Below are positions 1 through 9,169 of a stretch of DNA of 64,000 bases, in pieces. The first letter of the stretch is position 1, and each line of letters begins with the position of its first letter. Made by a program: the position numbers and the translations under genes. The stretch covers positions 896,001-960,000 of the forward strand of contig CAXXFF010000002.1 of NCBI GenBank assembly GCA_963676835.2, read 5' to 3'. This DNA comes from Marispirochaeta sp. Lineage in GTDB: Bacteria > Spirochaetota > Spirochaetia > JC444 > Marispirochaetaceae. The notes under the pieces were generated by a model, which searched no databases, had not been told where the DNA came from, and saw only the letters and a program-made list of their open reading frames with translations.

Positions 1-987
1 ATTGAGGGAATTGCCGCCGCTGGAGCCGTTGGATTCAAGACTTTTCAGATGGCGCCGGTCCCCGGAAGGGAGACCGAGTTCTACGGAATGTGTGCCGAAA
101 CCTATGACGATCTGGTGGCTATTATGCAGCGGATTGCCCCCACCGGGCTTTCTCTTACTGTGCACTGCGAAAGCCAGGAGATAATCAACAGCAAAATGGC
201 GGAGATCCGTGCCGCCGGCGGAAAAGACCTTATCGCATTCTGTGATTCACGGCCGCCGGAAGCCGAGACGGCTTCTGTCGATCTGGTTATTCGGGCGGCG
301 GAGAAAACGGGCTGCAGAACGGTAATTGCCCACACAAGTACTCCCGAAGCGGTGGAAATGGTTCACGAGGCCAGGCTTCGGGGAGTGGAAGTCTACGTGG
401 AAAGCTGTGCTCAGTACCTGAGCTTTGACAAAGAGCAGATGGCACCTCATGGAGTCTTTGCCCGGATGAAACCTCCTTTTCGGGACCGGGGCAGGGTTGA
501 AAAACTGGCGGCTCTCTATAGTGCCGGAAAAATCGATATAACCGGAAGTGATCATGCTCCCCACACCCTGGAAGAGAAAACCAGGAATGGAGTGGATGAT
601 ATATGGACCACCACCGACGGCCTTGCGGGACTTGAGATGACTTTTCCCATGCTCCTGAAACTGGTGGAGCAGGGAAAAATTTCCTACCGGTCCATTGCCG
701 CATCGGCCAGTCAGAATACTGCGGAGTTTTTCAATCTTCCCTCCAAGGGGCGTATTGAAACAGGCAGGGATGCGGATCTGGTTCTGGTGTCTCTGGAAGA
801 GAGAGAAACCGCTTTTGACAGAAACAGACTTCTGTGCAAATGCAGGGATGTCTGCCGAATCTACGAAGGCTTTTCCATGAAGCACAAAATTAACACAGTT
901 ATAATCCACGGGAATGTTGCCCATTCTCATGGACAAACAGCAGACCGGAAGGGCTGCGCACAAATACTATTTCCGACTCAGAATTGA
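1..987 (+). CDS. Cyclic amidohydrolase (dihydroorotase/allantoinase/dihydropyrimidinase family), 5'-truncated by the window edge
   Basis: Frame is open from base 1 (IEGIAAAGAVGFKTFQM..., with the putative carbamylated Lys in GFKTF). Motifs VHCE, AHTS, GSDHAPH and KGRIETGRDADLV. Confidence 0.85.
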   Translation: MEGIAAAGAVGFKTFQMAPVPGRETEFYGMCAETYDDLVAIMQRIAPTGLSLTVHCESQEIINSKMAEIRAAGGKDLIAFCDSRPPEAETASVDLVIRAAEKTGCRTVIAHTSTPEAVEMVHEARLRGVEVYVESCAQYLSFDKEQMAPHGVFARMKPPFRDRGRVEKLAALYSAGKIDITGSDHAPHTLEEKTRNGVDDIWTTTDGLAGLEMTFPMLLKLVEQGKISYRSIAASASQNTAEFFNLPSKGRIETGRDADLVLVSLEERETAFDRNRLLCKCRDVCRIYEGFSMKHKINTVIIHGNVAHSHGQTADRKGCAQILFPTQN

Positions 988-999
988 GCGGAGGAGGAT

Positions 1000-2391
1000 A
1001 TGAATATGGGGAAAACGATTGCGGAGCAGATAGCTTCGCTCTCCACATCACTTCGGTATGAAGATCTGCCGAAGGAAGCTGTTGATCACGCACGTATGCT
1101 GACATTGGATGTTCTTGCCTCCATGGTGGGAACCCGCAATGAAACGTCCAGCAAGATTGCCCGTGAAGTGGCCGAAGAGATGGCTGGTCCCGAAGAGGGA
1201 ACTATCGTCGGTTCTTCCAAAAAAGTGGCTCTGCCCAACGCGGCATTTGCCAATGCAATTCAGTGTTATGGACTGGATTTTGTGGACGATCATAATGAGT
1301 CCAACTCCCATCCTTCTCCCGCAACTTATCCCACAGCAATGGCACTGTGTGAAAACATGCACAAAAGCGGTAAGGAGTTCATCGAGGCTGTTGCCCTCGG
1401 TAACGAGGTTGTCTGCCGCATGGGAGCTGCCTACCTCGGTGATATGTACTACCAGGGATTCCACCCCACCAGTACCTGCGGCGCCATCGGAGCAGCGGTA
1501 ACCTCCGCCAAGCTGATGGGACTCAACGAGCAGGAGACTGCTTATGTTCAGGGTCTTGCGGGAAGTATGGTTTCAGGACTTATGTCATGGAACTCCCAGG
1601 GCTCCTGGTCAAAGCGCTACCAGGCCGGACACCCTGCGATGAACGCAATTATTTGCGCGCGGATGATTCAGAAGGGATTTAACGGACCCACCGATATCTT
1701 TGAAGGTAAAGATGGACTTCTCCATGCTTACTCCTTCAAGGATCACTATGATGCCTCAATCCTGACCAACGATCTTGGCAAAGAATGGATCTTCGCTACC
1801 TCCAGTATCAAGGTTTACCCCTGCTGCCGCTACTCTGCGGGACACCTCGATGCCTGTCTTGAGATCGTAGATAAATACGCACCAAAGCATGAGGATATCG
1901 AAAAGATCAATATCCGCTCTTCCAAGTACACCATGCGTCTTCTTGCTGAACCCCGGAAATGGAAACCCGGCAACCAGGTAGACCTCCAGTTCAGCATGCC
2001 TTTCCAGGCTGCAATTGCTTTTATTAACGGTAAAATTACCGTTGATGAGTTTGATGCCAAATACATCGGCGACCCCGAAGTTGACAGACTGATTGCTGCG
2101 ACCACAGTTGTGGAGGACGAAGAGTTCGAGCGCCGCTATCCTGAGCACTACTCCAGTGCGGTTGAGATCACCATGAAAGACGGCACAAAATACAGTGCAG
2201 TCATTGATGATCCCAAGGGAGACTGGCGGAATCCGGTAACCTACGAAGATGTTGTGGAGAAATTCCGCATCCTCGCAGACCGTACCTACGGAGACCCCGC
2301 ACGGACCCAGAAGATCATTGACTGGGTTGGAAAGCTTGATGAGCAGACCGACATGGCCGAACTGATGGCCCTCGTGAATGACGTAAAATAA
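1000..2391 (+). CDS. MmgE/PrpD family protein
   Basis: Motifs LDFVDDH..SHPS, GFHPT, KVYPCCRY and PKGD..NP; 463 aa; GGAGG RBS upstream. Confidence 0.9.
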   Translation: MNMGKTIAEQIASLSTSLRYEDLPKEAVDHARMLTLDVLASMVGTRNETSSKIAREVAEEMAGPEEGTIVGSSKKVALPNAAFANAIQCYGLDFVDDHNESNSHPSPATYPTAMALCENMHKSGKEFIEAVALGNEVVCRMGAAYLGDMYYQGFHPTSTCGAIGAAVTSAKLMGLNEQETAYVQGLAGSMVSGLMSWNSQGSWSKRYQAGHPAMNAIICARMIQKGFNGPTDIFEGKDGLLHAYSFKDHYDASILTNDLGKEWIFATSSIKVYPCCRYSAGHLDACLEIVDKYAPKHEDIEKINIRSSKYTMRLLAEPRKWKPGNQVDLQFSMPFQAAIAFINGKITVDEFDAKYIGDPEVDRLIAATTVVEDEEFERRYPEHYSSAVEITMKDGTKYSAVIDDPKGDWRNPVTYEDVVEKFRILADRTYGDPARTQKIIDWVGKLDEQTDMAELMALVNDVK

Positions 2392-2400
2392 GGATTATAT

Positions 2401-3627
2401 ATGAACACAATTAAGTCCAACCCCGAGCGCATGCAGAGAAGGCTGGATGAGATTGCCGCAATTACAGAAGAGCCGGGTAGAATTACCCGGCGTACTTATT
2501 CTCAGGCCTGGGTGGAATCAACCCGCTATGTTACCGCCGAGATGGAAGCTGTCGGTATGACTGTACGGATGGATACCTTCGGTAATGTTATCGGTACCTA
2601 TAATCCCGGCAACAGTACAGAAAAACCCATCGGTATCGGATCTCACATAGACAGTGTGGTTGATGCCGGCGCCTACGACGGCGTTGCAGGAGTGGTTGTC
2701 GGCCTTGAGCTTATATCCATGATGCATGAGAACGGCATTGTTCCCGCATTTCCCATAGAGATTCTCGCTACCGCCGAAGAGGAAGGCGCTGTCTGTCAAC
2801 GCGGTTATTTCGGCGCACGCTTTATGGTAGGCGACATGACCATCGAAGAACTTCTCTCCTACAAGGATGCCAACGGCAAGAACCTTGAGGTGCTGCGAAA
2901 AGAGAGCGGCATTTTCGAGGATATTCCCTTCGGTACTGACAACGGCTGGGGTAAAGGCTACTATCAGCGTTTTTATGAAGTGCACGTCGAGCAGGGCGGA
3001 GTTCTTGAAGCCGCTGACTGCGACATCGGTATTGTAAAAGGTGTTGTAGGTATCGGTCGTCTCTTTATCGACTTCTTCGGCGATTCCTGCCATGCAGGTC
3101 CCACGGTTATGAAGGGCCGCAAGGATTCCATGGTTGCTGCATCAGATTTTATTCTCAAGTCCTGGGAAACCGGACAGAAACATTCCGGACATGCTGCTGC
3201 AACGGTTGCCCGTATTCATAACTATCCCAATATCCATAATGTTATCGCCGGAAAAACCTCGGTTGTATTTGACTACCGGGCGGATGATGACAGCCTTGGT
3301 GCAGAGATAGCGGAAGAGATGAAGGCATATGCCCTTTCTCTGAAAGAGAAATACGGTATAGGTGTCGAGATTATCCGCGAGGTCTACACCCCGGTAAAAC
3401 TCTTTGCAGAAAACCTGGTAAGTGAGATCCGGGCTCTTGATATGCCTAACTCGATGGACCTCTTCAGCTGGGCAGGTCACGATGCCAAGGCTTATGCCGA
3501 GGTGACAGATACCGCCATGATCTTCATGCCCAGTATCGGTGGTAAGAGTCACAGCCCCGATGAGTTTACCGACATAAAGAGCTTTCAGCTGGTGTGTGAC
3601 AATATAATTAATCTCTTTATAAATTAA
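2401..3627 (+). CDS. M20 Zn-dependent hydrolase, N-carbamoyl-amino-acid amidohydrolase/allantoate amidohydrolase-like
   Basis: Motifs GSHIDSV, GAYDG, EEEG, EVHVEQG, HAG, GHDA and SHSPDE. Confidence 0.9.
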   Translation: MNTIKSNPERMQRRLDEIAAITEEPGRITRRTYSQAWVESTRYVTAEMEAVGMTVRMDTFGNVIGTYNPGNSTEKPIGIGSHIDSVVDAGAYDGVAGVVVGLELISMMHENGIVPAFPIEILATAEEEGAVCQRGYFGARFMVGDMTIEELLSYKDANGKNLEVLRKESGIFEDIPFGTDNGWGKGYYQRFYEVHVEQGGVLEAADCDIGIVKGVVGIGRLFIDFFGDSCHAGPTVMKGRKDSMVAASDFILKSWETGQKHSGHAAATVARIHNYPNIHNVIAGKTSVVFDYRADDDSLGAEIAEEMKAYALSLKEKYGIGVEIIREVYTPVKLFAENLVSEIRALDMPNSMDLFSWAGHDAKAYAEVTDTAMIFMPSIGGKSHSPDEFTDIKSFQLVCDNIINLFIN

Positions 3628-3743
3628 TTTTATAGATTATTCTTCCCGAGGATGATGTTTTTACAGGTAAAAAAGTTTGTTTATTTCCTTCCATTCCCCT
3701 CTTATGATTCGATTTTAAATTGAGGTTTAACAGTTACGGATAC

Positions 3744-3782
3744 TATTAGTGCTTGACGATATTAGTGAGTAGCACTAATAAT
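3744..3782 (+). promoter_or_regulatory. higBA promoter with overlapping inverted-repeat operator
   Basis: TTGACG at 3753-3758 with an AT-rich -10 region at ~3776-3782. Palindrome TATTAGTG-agtag-CACTAATA at 3760-3780, plus an extra half-site TATTAGTGCT at 3744-3753. Confidence 0.65.
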
Positions 3783-3786
3783 AAGT

Positions 3787-4068
3787 ATGATAAAAAGTTT
3801 CAGGAATAAGCTTGCAGAGAATATCTGGCAGCGTAAGCGTGTAAAAGGTTTTCCTTCCGATCTTTTTAAGATAGCAAGACGCAAGCTGGGGTTTCTTGAG
3901 GATGCTGTAAATTTAAAAGATTTACGGATACCTCCCGGGAACCGCTTGGAAGCTTTAAAGGGTAATCGGTCAGGGCAATATAGTATCCGAATAAATGATC
4001 AATGGCGTGTCTGCTTTCTGTGGGAAGATGGTAATGCCTTTGATGTCGAGATAACAGACTATCACTGA
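3787..4068 (+). CDS. higB: HigB toxin (RelE/ParE superfamily, plasmid maintenance killer type)
   Basis: MIKSF start, DLRIPPGNRLEALKG, YSIRINDQWRVCF and C-terminal DYH; toxin-first gene order. Confidence 0.93.
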   Translation: MIKSFRNKLAENIWQRKRVKGFPSDLFKIARRKLGFLEDAVNLKDLRIPPGNRLEALKGNRSGQYSIRINDQWRVCFLWEDGNAFDVEITDYH

Positions 4069-4093
4069 TGATTTGAGATGTGGGGGAGAGAAA

Positions 4094-4396
4094 ATGGATA
4101 AGCGACTAATAGAATTGTCAACGCCTGGTGAAATACTGAAGGAAGAGTTCCTCGACCCTATGGGTATTACCCCGTATGCTCTGGCTAAAGGTGTTCATGT
4201 TGATCCCCCCAGAATAGCTGCGATTATTAAGGGAAAGAGAAAGATTACTGCAGATACAGCTGTCAGATTTTCAAGGTTCTTCGGGACAACGCCGGAGTTC
4301 TGGATGAATATGCAGAGCCGTTATGATCTGGAAGTTCTGATGGAAGAGAAGAAAGCAGAAATGAACAAGATTAAGCAGTATCATAAGGCGTCATGA
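4094..4396 (+). CDS. higA: HigA antitoxin (HTH)
   Basis: PGEILKEEFL, ITADTAVRFSRFFGTTPEFWMNMQ; ATG 4094 follows a GGAGAG RBS. Confidence 0.93.
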   Translation: MDKRLIELSTPGEILKEEFLDPMGITPYALAKGVHVDPPRIAAIIKGKRKITADTAVRFSRFFGTTPEFWMNMQSRYDLEVLMEEKKAEMNKIKQYHKAS

Positions 4397-4516
4397 ATAT
4401 TCATCAATCAAGCAGTATCTGAATTTTTGTCTTATGTTGATCCTACATTATTTTGCAGCAGGACTATCCCGGGAGCTGATTCTCAGGCACACTAACTGGA
4501 GAAAGTATTCTTTAAT

Positions 4517-4753
4517 CTATCTGATAATTGATTCTTTGGCTAACTTATTTATTTGTCTACTGTTTTTCAATTGCTTGAAATTATGATCGTCATCTAAATC
4601 AACTGTTCCAAAAAGATCAATGATTCTTTCTTGTTTTCTGCGCTGAATAAATTCTTTTAAGGCTAAATTTACAGTTTCTTTCTTTGTCTTAATACCAGCG
4701 ATTCTTTGAGCAGTAAGAAGTAATTTATCATCAATTGCCAAGTTTGTAGACAT
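4517..4753 (-). CDS. VapB-like antitoxin, orphan
   Basis: MSTNLAIDDKLL..A....G.KTKKETVNLALKEFI pattern; GAGGAGG RBS; no PIN-domain gene follows. Confidence 0.8.
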   Translation of the reverse strand: MSTNLAIDDKLLLTAQRIAGIKTKKETVNLALKEFIQRRKQERIIDLFGTVDLDDDHNFKQLKNSRQINKLAKESIIR

Positions 4754-4964
4754 TAAAATCCTCCTCATCGCATAACTGTTTAAGGTTAAGCACAATGGAG
4801 TGTGTAGATCAAGATGAAGTTATTTCATTGAAGACAAATGCACTCTGCTGCAGAGAAAAACTCCATATGGACTTATTTTCTACCAAAAAAGCAGTTCGGA
4901 GTGATACTTTGTGTGAAAATTATACACGATTAAACTGTCATATAGCGGTGGATAAGGAGTTTTA

Positions 4965-6107
4965 ATGTTAGCAATGAAAAAACGGATATGTAATGTGGTA
5001 TTGGCTGTTATTGCAGCAATAGCGATTCTGGCTTCATGTCAGGACCCGTCCGGATCCGGTGGTAGCAATGGAGGTGGGACCGGTATAGCAGCTCCTGCTG
5101 TGGAGAATGAAGACTTTACTACTGCGTCCATTCCTGGAGAGTCGGCGGAACTTCTGTTAACAGGAGATCTTTCGGTTACAATGATTTATGCCAAGGACGA
5201 CGCGGCTATCTCATTTCCCGATGATTATGATAATACTTGGACCACACTGGACACCCCCTTTTTTATGGGTGAAACTGAATTTACAAATGGCATGGCTGCC
5301 CGCGTTCTCCAATGGGCTATGGATGAAGGAACACTGAGTGCAGACCTTTCTAATCATAATGGAGTCAGTGAAGAAACGGTAAAATACGGTGGTCAGGAAT
5401 TGGTAAGTCTTGATGACGGTACCAGTCATCTTACCTATAGTTCTGCCGGCGGCTTTGCTTCCCAAAGTGGATACCAAAACCATCCCCTTGTGCATGTTTC
5501 CTGGTATGGAGCGGTTATGATTTGTAACTGGCTTAGCGAGATGAGGGATGGCAATACCGACCAGGTGGTTTACACAGGTATTGATGATACTCTGGATTAT
5601 TCTGAAATCAGTTGTGATGAATCGAAAACAGGGTACCGCCTCCCGGTACATGGTGAATGGCAGTATGCCGCGCGCTACCTGGGAACTGAAGAACCTTCGA
5701 CCGGCGATATAGCAACCGAAAGAAAGTATGGGAATGATAACTCAAACTGGACTGATGGATACTATTGGTTGCCCTATACTTATGCCAGCGGGGCCAATGC
5801 TGATTATAATAATGTTGCAGCGTGCCGCAGCGTAGCAGTTTATTCCGGTCAGGATCCGGTCCCCACAGAAGCTCTAATGGTTGGGTCATGTAATGCCAGC
5901 GCGCTGGGGCTGTATGATATGAGTGGAAATGTGTGGGAGTACGAATTTACGGCACACTCCGCTAATCCGGCAAGTCGTCTGGTCGATGGCGGTGGATGGA
6001 AGTTAAATGCTCAATACCTTCGGGTAGGAGTTGTTGAGACTGTTAGTGCCCATGCACCATTTGACAATGTAGGATTCAGAATCTACCGGACTGTAGAGAC
6101 TCCTTGA
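4965..6107 (+). CDS. Lipoprotein with FGE-sulfatase (SUMF1/C-type-lectin fold) domain
   Basis: Signal peptide ending ILASC, Gly/Ser linker, then HPLVHVSWY, GYRLP, EWQYAAR, GLYDMSGNVWE and VGFR. Confidence 0.88.
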   Translation: MLAMKKRICNVVLAVIAAIAILASCQDPSGSGGSNGGGTGIAAPAVENEDFTTASIPGESAELLLTGDLSVTMIYAKDDAAISFPDDYDNTWTTLDTPFFMGETEFTNGMAARVLQWAMDEGTLSADLSNHNGVSEETVKYGGQELVSLDDGTSHLTYSSAGGFASQSGYQNHPLVHVSWYGAVMICNWLSEMRDGNTDQVVYTGIDDTLDYSEISCDESKTGYRLPVHGEWQYAARYLGTEEPSTGDIATERKYGNDNSNWTDGYYWLPYTYASGANADYNNVAACRSVAVYSGQDPVPTEALMVGSCNASALGLYDMSGNVWEYEFTAHSANPASRLVDGGGWKLNAQYLRVGVVETVSAHAPFDNVGFRIYRTVETP

Positions 6108-6131
6108 TTTTAGATTGAAGGCATTTTCAGG

Positions 6132-6161
6132 AAAAAACCGCCCGGCTAAAAACCGGGCGGT
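6132..6161 (-). terminator. Rho-independent terminator (duplicate of 7295-7324)
   Basis: 9-bp stem ACCGCCCGG/CCGGGCGGT followed by a T6 run on the minus strand. Confidence 0.8.
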
Positions 6162-6186
6162 GTAAACACTCTATAATCAGAGAAGC

Positions 6187-6336
6187 TTATTTTGTAGCTT
6201 CTTCCCAGATCTCTGTGGTGTAGAGCATATCCAGGGGAAGTTTCTCGGAGATAGTGCCGTATTTCTCGAGCATTGCATAGATGGGGTAGTCAGCTTTTCC
6301 GAGCCATGCACCGATAGACTTGCCCTGGAGGTCTGG
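6187..6336 (-). pseudogene. Internally deleted duplicate of the 3' part of the ABC substrate-binding gene 7350..8372
   Basis: 6187-6264 matches 7350-7427 (1 mismatch) and 6255-6330 matches 7892-7967 (1 mismatch). It reads PDLQGKSIGAWLGKADYPIYAMLEKYG/TISEKLPLDMLYTTEIWEEATK* with no start codon. Confidence 0.92.
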
Positions 6337-6452
6337 TCCATTCTATTTTAAATGGTGCGAAAGATTTTGGACGTGGACTGATGTAAATTGTCTGATAATT
6401 ATTTTTTGGTATCTTGTTCTTGGTAAAGCTGTCCGTTTATGTAGCTACTGAT

Positions 6453-6857
6453 TCAATTCTTTTCTGTAAGTATCATTTTTGCTACTTGAGCATAAATCGC
6501 CTCTGCTTCTCGCATAAATTCTTCAGCTTTATTATGTGAGGGCAATCCCGATGGTAGTAAGCCAAAATCTCCAGGGTATCGTGTATCGATGTATACTTGA
6601 TTAAGTTGATCGATTATTTCAGTAGAAAAGATTAATACTCGACCGAAATTTGTAACAATAGCATACAATTTGCGTAAATCATGAATTCGGGGTACTTTCT
6701 GATCATGAAGTACAAGAAGTGCTTTTAAGGATTTTTCAACACATTGTTGCGCATGAAAGGAAACAGCAGCGGTTAATTCTTCTTTTTCAATAATTTGCTT
6801 GATGGTAAGCAAATCCATATAAGCATATTTTAGCCATTCTTCAGCTTGCTTTTTCAT
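6453..6857 (-). CDS. HEPN domain protein (toxin-like partner of the MNT-HEPN pair)
   Basis: EWLKYA..DL, FHAQQCVEKSLKALL, PRIHDL and TRYP motifs; overlaps the upstream MNT gene. Confidence 0.9.
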   Translation of the reverse strand: MKKQAEEWLKYAYMDLLTIKQIIEKEELTAAVSFHAQQCVEKSLKALLVLHDQKVPRIHDLRKLYAIVTNFGRVLIFSTEIIDQLNQVYIDTRYPGDFGLLPSGLPSHNKAEEFMREAEAIYAQVAKMILTEKN

Positions 6858-7185
6858 AAAGCACTTTTCCAGTTTCATGAATTTCTTTCTGGAATGAGTT
6901 CATATTTTTCTGGATAATTTCATATTGGGGGCTTGTATAAACTAAAAGATCAATACCCACATTATTGTTAATATCTCGCAGTAAGCGTCGAACCTGCATT
7001 TTAATTTCAAGCCAGTCATCATAACTGTCAGGGATATAGTTTTCATCTAATACAACGAGAAGATCGATATCACTATCTTCGTTTTGGCTGCCGGTTGCAT
7101 ATGATCCGAAAAGCAATACCTTTTTAAGGTTCAATGGAGAGAGACTTGAAAGAATTTCGTTTATATATACATCTGACGCAACCAT
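6841..7185 (-). CDS. Minimal nucleotidyltransferase (MNT)
   Basis: LFGSYATG...DSDIDLLV and IDLLV motifs. Confidence 0.9.
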   Translation of the reverse strand: MVASDVYINEILSSLSPLNLKKVLLFGSYATGSQNEDSDIDLLVVLDENYIPDSYDDWLEIKMQVRRLLRDINNNVGIDLLVYTSPQYEIIQKNMNSFQKEIHETGKVLYEKAS

Positions 7186-7294
7186 AGGAATATATTATGC
7201 GTTGGGTAATAATTTGTCGAGCCTAAAGAAGGCATTGGGTACTTCTTGTGTATTCGAAGCACTGTAAAAGGTCTCTTTTTGCATGTTAAGGGTT

Positions 7295-7324
7295 AAAAAA
7301 ACCGCCCGGCGTAAACCGGGCGGT
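7295..7324 (-). terminator. Rho-independent terminator of the ABC operon
   Basis: 9-bp GC stem (7301-7309/7316-7324) with a T7 run on the minus strand, 25 bp after the stop codon. Confidence 0.85.
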
Positions 7325-7349
7325 GTAAACAACTCTGTATCAGAGAGGC

Positions 7350-8372
7350 TTATTTTGTAGCTTCTTCCCAGATCTCTGTGGTGTAGAGCATATCCAGGGG
7401 AAGTTTCTCGGAGATAATGCCGTATTTTGCAGCAATATCTACGGTGTTCTGAATCTTGTCTGCATCGAAGTAGCCGATTTTCGCAGGATCAAATCCTTCG
7501 GGGCTTACTACAGTAGCAATCTTCTGAGACATACCGATCTGGTGCTCTTTTGTAGTGCTGGCCTGGTCGAGGCTTTTCCAGATGATGTCGGCAGCTGCAA
7601 GGGGATCTGCACAAGCATCGGCCCATCCCTTGATGGAAGCACGGAGGAACTTAACTGCAGTTTCCTTGTTTTCCGCAAGCCACTCGGAGTTAACCACAAG
7701 GCAGTCCTCGAGCATTCCGGTTCCTTCCTTGTTAACATCGATGATGTTCAGTTCGCTCTCAGGGTAACCGGACTCAACCAGTACCATGATTTCGTTGTAG
7801 ATCATACCGGAAGCTACATCGAGCTTGCCGCTGATAAGACCGTCCATGGTGTAGTCCTGTTTTGCCATAACTACGTCCTTGTCCTTGTCCATGCCGTATT
7901 TCTCGAGCATTGCATAGATGGGGTAGTCAGCTTTTCCGAGCCATGCACCGATAGTCTTGCCCTGGAGATCGGGAACGCTTTCGATTCCGTTCTTCTTGAA
8001 GGAAACAAGGCGGAAAGAGCTCTGCTGGAAGGTCTGTGCAATAGATACAAGGGGGAAGCCCTTTTCTACGAAGGGAAGCAGACCGTACATATTGATGATA
8101 CCGAAATCAGCTGCACCAACGGAAACCTGGTTTGCAGGGATAATGTCGGGACCGCCGGGAAGGAGTTTTACATCCAGTCCTTCTTCAGCATAATAACCTT
8201 TTTCAAGGGCTACATAGTAACCGTTGAACTGTGCCTGGGGCAGCCATTTCAGCTGCAGGCGTACTTCTACGGGGCCGTCGGCGCTTTCCTGGGAGCCATT
8301 GGCAAAAACAGATGTGGTTGCTGCCATTAGCATAGCAGCGGCGAACAGAAGAAACATGATTTTCTTGCTCAT
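7350..8372 (-). CDS. ABC substrate-binding protein, NMT1/THI5 family
   Basis: Signal peptide ...VFANGSQE; LQLKWLPQAQFNGYYVALEKGYYAEEGLDV. Confidence 0.9.
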   Translation of the reverse strand: MSKKIMFLLFAAAMLMAATTSVFANGSQESADGPVEVRLQLKWLPQAQFNGYYVALEKGYYAEEGLDVKLLPGGPDIIPANQVSVGAADFGIINMYGLLPFVEKGFPLVSIAQTFQQSSFRLVSFKKNGIESVPDLQGKTIGAWLGKADYPIYAMLEKYGMDKDKDVVMAKQDYTMDGLISGKLDVASGMIYNEIMVLVESGYPESELNIIDVNKEGTGMLEDCLVVNSEWLAENKETAVKFLRASIKGWADACADPLAAADIIWKSLDQASTTKEHQIGMSQKIATVVSPEGFDPAKIGYFDADKIQNTVDIAAKYGIISEKLPLDMLYTTEIWEEATK

Positions 8373-8396
8373 AGTGTCATCCTCTCTCTTGATGAT

Positions 8397-9167
8397 TTAT
8401 CTTTGTGATGCATGCCACTTAATGGCATAGCGCTCAACCAAAATTATTAGGGTGTACATGGTTATTCCGAAGAATGCCGCTGTACCGATATATGCCCACG
8501 CCCGGGCCATCTGGGCCTGTTTCAGGGCGGTGGACAGTTCAAAGCCGATGCCGGCGAAGGAGGAGAAAAACTCACTACAGATCGCCGCAATCATGCTTGA
8601 TGTTGTACTTATTTTCAGCGCGGTAAGAATATTGGGAACCGCATTGGGCAGCCTGAGGTAAAAGAAGATCTCCTTCTTTGTGGCTGCGTAGGATTTCATA
8701 AGATCCAGGGAGAATGCCTTGAATACATTGAATCCGCGGTAGGCGTTTATTGCCATGGCTGCCATGGTAAAGACGGTTACAATGGCTATTTTTGAACCCA
8801 TTCCCATGCCGAACCAGTTATTCATTACCGGCGCCAGAGCGATGATGGGGATTGCATTGAATGCGGAAATAAGGGTAAGACCGCCGATTCCCCACACCGG
8901 GAAAAGGGTAGCAATTACTGCAATCATAAATCCCATACTGGAACCGAGCACCAGACCGATAAGTGCTTCCGCAACAGTAACGAGGCTGTGCCGCAGAATA
9001 ACGTCATACTCCTCGAAAAAGGTGGTCAGGATTTCCGACGGCACGGGTAGCTGGAACTTCCGCAGGTGCATCATCAGGTGTACTCCGCCTTTTTCCCACC
9101 AGAGGAAAAAGAGAACGCCGAAGAGTACGGGCAACAGAATATCGAAGAATTTTTCTACCTTGTTCAT
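8397..9167 (-). CDS. ABC permease (SsuC/TauC type)
   Basis: Hydrophobic; LPVPSEI, PIIALAP and LRLPNAVP motifs. Confidence 0.9.
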   Translation of the reverse strand: MNKVEKFFDILLPVLFGVLFFLWWEKGGVHLMMHLRKFQLPVPSEILTTFFEEYDVILRHSLVTVAEALIGLVLGSSMGFMIAVIATLFPVWGIGGLTLISAFNAIPIIALAPVMNNWFGMGMGSKIAIVTVFTMAAMAINAYRGFNVFKAFSLDLMKSYAATKKEIFFYLRLPNAVPNILTALKISTTSSMIAAICSEFFSSFAGIGFELSTALKQAQMARAWAYIGTAAFFGITMYTLIILVERYAIKWHASQR

Positions 9168-9169
9168 AA

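Noticed and set aside
4770..4791. GCATAAC...GTTAAGC resembling integron attC ends in the TA-rich pocket
   Set aside because: Only 22 bp long, not repeated after the other genes, and no integron integrase is present.
7542..8330. 262-aa antisense ORF, and similar long shadow ORFs (247..963, 20590..21408, 63223..63954)
   Set aside because: They lie opposite well-supported genes, have no recognisable motifs, and are expected from codon bias.
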